This document shows positions 57,583 through 64,000 of a stretch of 64,000 nucleotides of DNA, piece after piece. The position numbers were made by a program, and so were the translations under genes. The stretch is from the human T2T-CHM13v2.0 reference genome, Homo sapiens. The notes under the pieces were generated by a model. That model searched no databases, was not told where the DNA came from, and worked only from the letters and a program-made list of their open reading frames with translations. Within the stretch, counting starts at the first letter, position 1; the number at the start of each line of letters is the position of its first letter. The stretch is taken from the NCBI RefSeq assembly GCF_009914755.1, contig NC_060929.1. The stretch is one strand, 5' to 3'.

Positions 57583-59743
57583 GGGGAAAGGCCAAGATGG
57601 CCAAATAGAAACATCTCCAGTCTGCAGCTCCCAGCAAGACCAATGCGGAGGGCAAGTGATTTCTGCATTTTCAACTGAGGTACTCAGTTTATGTCATTGG
57701 TACTGGTTAGGCAGTGGGTGCAACTCATGGAGAGTGACCAGAAGCAGGGTAGGGAGTTGCTTCACGTGGGAAGTGCATGGAGCCCAGGGACCTTCTTCTC
57801 CCAGCCAAGGGAAGCGGTGAAGGGTTGTGCTACCTGCCAGGGGTACTACGCTTTTCCTACAGATTTTTGCAACCCAAGCATCAGGAAATTCCCTGGTGAA
57901 CCTATACCACCAAGGCCCCGAGTTTCAAGCACAAATCTTGGTGGCTGTTCTGGCAGGCACTAAGCCGCAAGAATTTTTTCATACTCCAGAGGTGCCTGGA
58001 ACTCCAGTGAGACAGGAGAACTGTTCACTCCCCTGGAAAGGGTGCTGAAACCAGGGAGCCAAGCAGTCTCGCTCAGTAGGTCCCACTCCGACGGAGGCCA
58101 GCAAGCTAAGAACCACTGGCTTGAAATTCTCACTGCCAGCACAGCAGTCTGGAGCAGACCTGGGATGATCGAGTTTGGTGCAGGGAGAGGCAGCAGCCGT
58201 TACTGTGGCTTCAGTTGGCAGTTTTCCCCTGACAGTGCTAAGGAGACTGAGAGGTTTGGACTGGGTGGAATTCAACACAGCACAGCAAAGAGGCTGTGGC
58301 CAGATTGCTTCTCTAGATTCCTCCTCACTGGGCAAGGACTGTGCAGGAAATCCAGCAGCTCCAGTCAGGGGCTTATAGACAGGACTCTCATCACCCTGGG
58401 ACACAGCACTTGCGGGGAGGGGCGGCTGTGGTTGCAGTTTCAGCGGATTTAATCTTTCCTGCCTGCTGGCTCTCAAGATACTGGCTGATCCTGACAAGGG
58501 AGATTCTCCCATCACAGCACACCAGCTCTGCTAAGGGACAGATTGCCTCCTCAAGCGGGTTCCTGACACTGTGCCTCCCAACAGAGAGATATCCCAGAAG
58601 GGGCCTACAGACACCTCACACAGGAGAGCTCTGGCTGCCACTAGGCCAGTGTCCCTCTAAGATGAAGCTTCTGGAGGAAGGAGCAGGCAGCAATCTTTGC
58701 TGTTCTGCAGCCTCAACTGGTGATACCAAGGCAAACAGGGTCTGGAGTGGACCCCCAGAAAACTGTAGCTGACCTGCAGAAGAGGGGCCTGACTATTAGA
58801 AGAAAAACTAGCAAACAGAAAACAACAACAACAACATCAACAAAAAAGACCCCCACCACCACAAAAACCCCATCCAAAGGCCATCAGCCTCAGAGATGAA
58901 AGGTAGATAAATCCATGAAGATGAGGAAAAACCCATGCAAAAACACTGAAAATCCCAAAAGCCAGAATGCCTCGTCTCTTCTAAATGATCACAACAAATC
59001 TCCAGCAAGGGCTCAGAAATGGATGAAGGATGAGATGGATGAATCGACAGAAGTAGGCTTCAGAAAGTGGGTAATAACAAACGCCTCTGAATTAAAGGAG
59101 CATCTTCTAACCCAATGCAAGGAAGCTAAGAACCTTGATAAAAGGTTACAGGAGCTGCTAACTAGAATAATCAGTTTAGAGAGGAACATAAATGACCCGA
59201 TGGAGCTGAAGAACACAGCATGAGAACTTAGTGAAACATACATAAGTATCAATAGCCAAATTGACCAAGTGAAAAAAAAAGATATTAGAGTTTGTAAACC
59301 ATCTTGCTGAAATAAGGCATGCAGACAAGATTAGATAAAAATGTAATGAAAAGGAAAGAATAAAACATCTGAGAAATATGGAGCTATGTAAAAAGACTGA
59401 ACCTACAATTGATTGGAGTACCTTAAAATGATGAGCAGAATAAAACCAAGTTGGAAAACACACTTCAGGGTATTATCCAAGAGAACTTCCCCAACCTAGT
59501 GAGACAGTGAAACATTCAAATTCAGGAAACACAGAGAGCACCATTAAGCTACTCCATAAAGAGATTCACCCCAAGACACATAATCATTAGATTCTCCAAG
59601 GTCAAAATGGAGGAAAAAATGTTAAGGGCAGCCAGAGAGAAAGGTCAGGCCACCTAGAAAGGGAAGCCTATCAGACTAACAGCAGACCTCTCAGCAGAAA
59701 CCCTGCAAGCCAGAAGAGAGTGGGGGCCAATATTCAACATTCC
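57583..59743 (+). mobile_element. L1PA8-10-like element: full 5'UTR plus most of ORF1
   Basis: GGCCAAGATGGCC (YY1 site) start; ~1.34 kb 5'UTR; ORF1 relic from 58921; cut at GGGCCAATATTCAACATTC. Confidence 0.9.
58921..59743 (+). pseudogene. L1 ORF1p relic
   Basis: MRKNPCKNTENPKSQNASS..TEVGFRKWVITN..LERNIND.MELKNTA*; premature stops. Confidence 0.85.

Positions 59744-64000
<4,257 letters not shown>

Noticed and set aside
57979-58515. 178-aa antisense ORF in the L1 5'UTR as ORF0 or a new gene
   Set aside because: I see no resemblance to ORF0, and GC-rich L1 UTRs yield chance ORFs in several frames.

Overview
Primate (human-like) genomic DNA, repeat-dense, with no host protein-coding gene, RNA gene or CRISPR array that I can support. 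The window is mostly stacked mobile elements. It holds a full-length but dead Hsmar2 mariner transposon (9488-11108, -) split by an Alu. It also holds a ~9.1 kb two-LTR MER57-type ERV1 provirus (14974-24125, -) with a tRNA-Leu primer-binding site, polypurine tract, integrase relic and six nested insertions. About 20 LTRs are present in total (THE1A/B, MST, MLT1, LTR2B, MER61, MER11, MER76, LTR28, HERV-W LTR17), two of them inserted into Alus. There are also more than a dozen Alus, several MIRs, and an L1PA8-10-like element interrupted in ORF1 by an antisense L1PA4-like element. I found no new biological system. The most notable unexplained signals are three short inverted-copy (hairpin) insertions within 6.4 kb, a minisatellite born from an Alu tail plus its TSD, and a candidate non-coding exon. 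Family names come from recalled consensus sequences, not a database search. Subfamily calls and boundaries of old elements are approximate.
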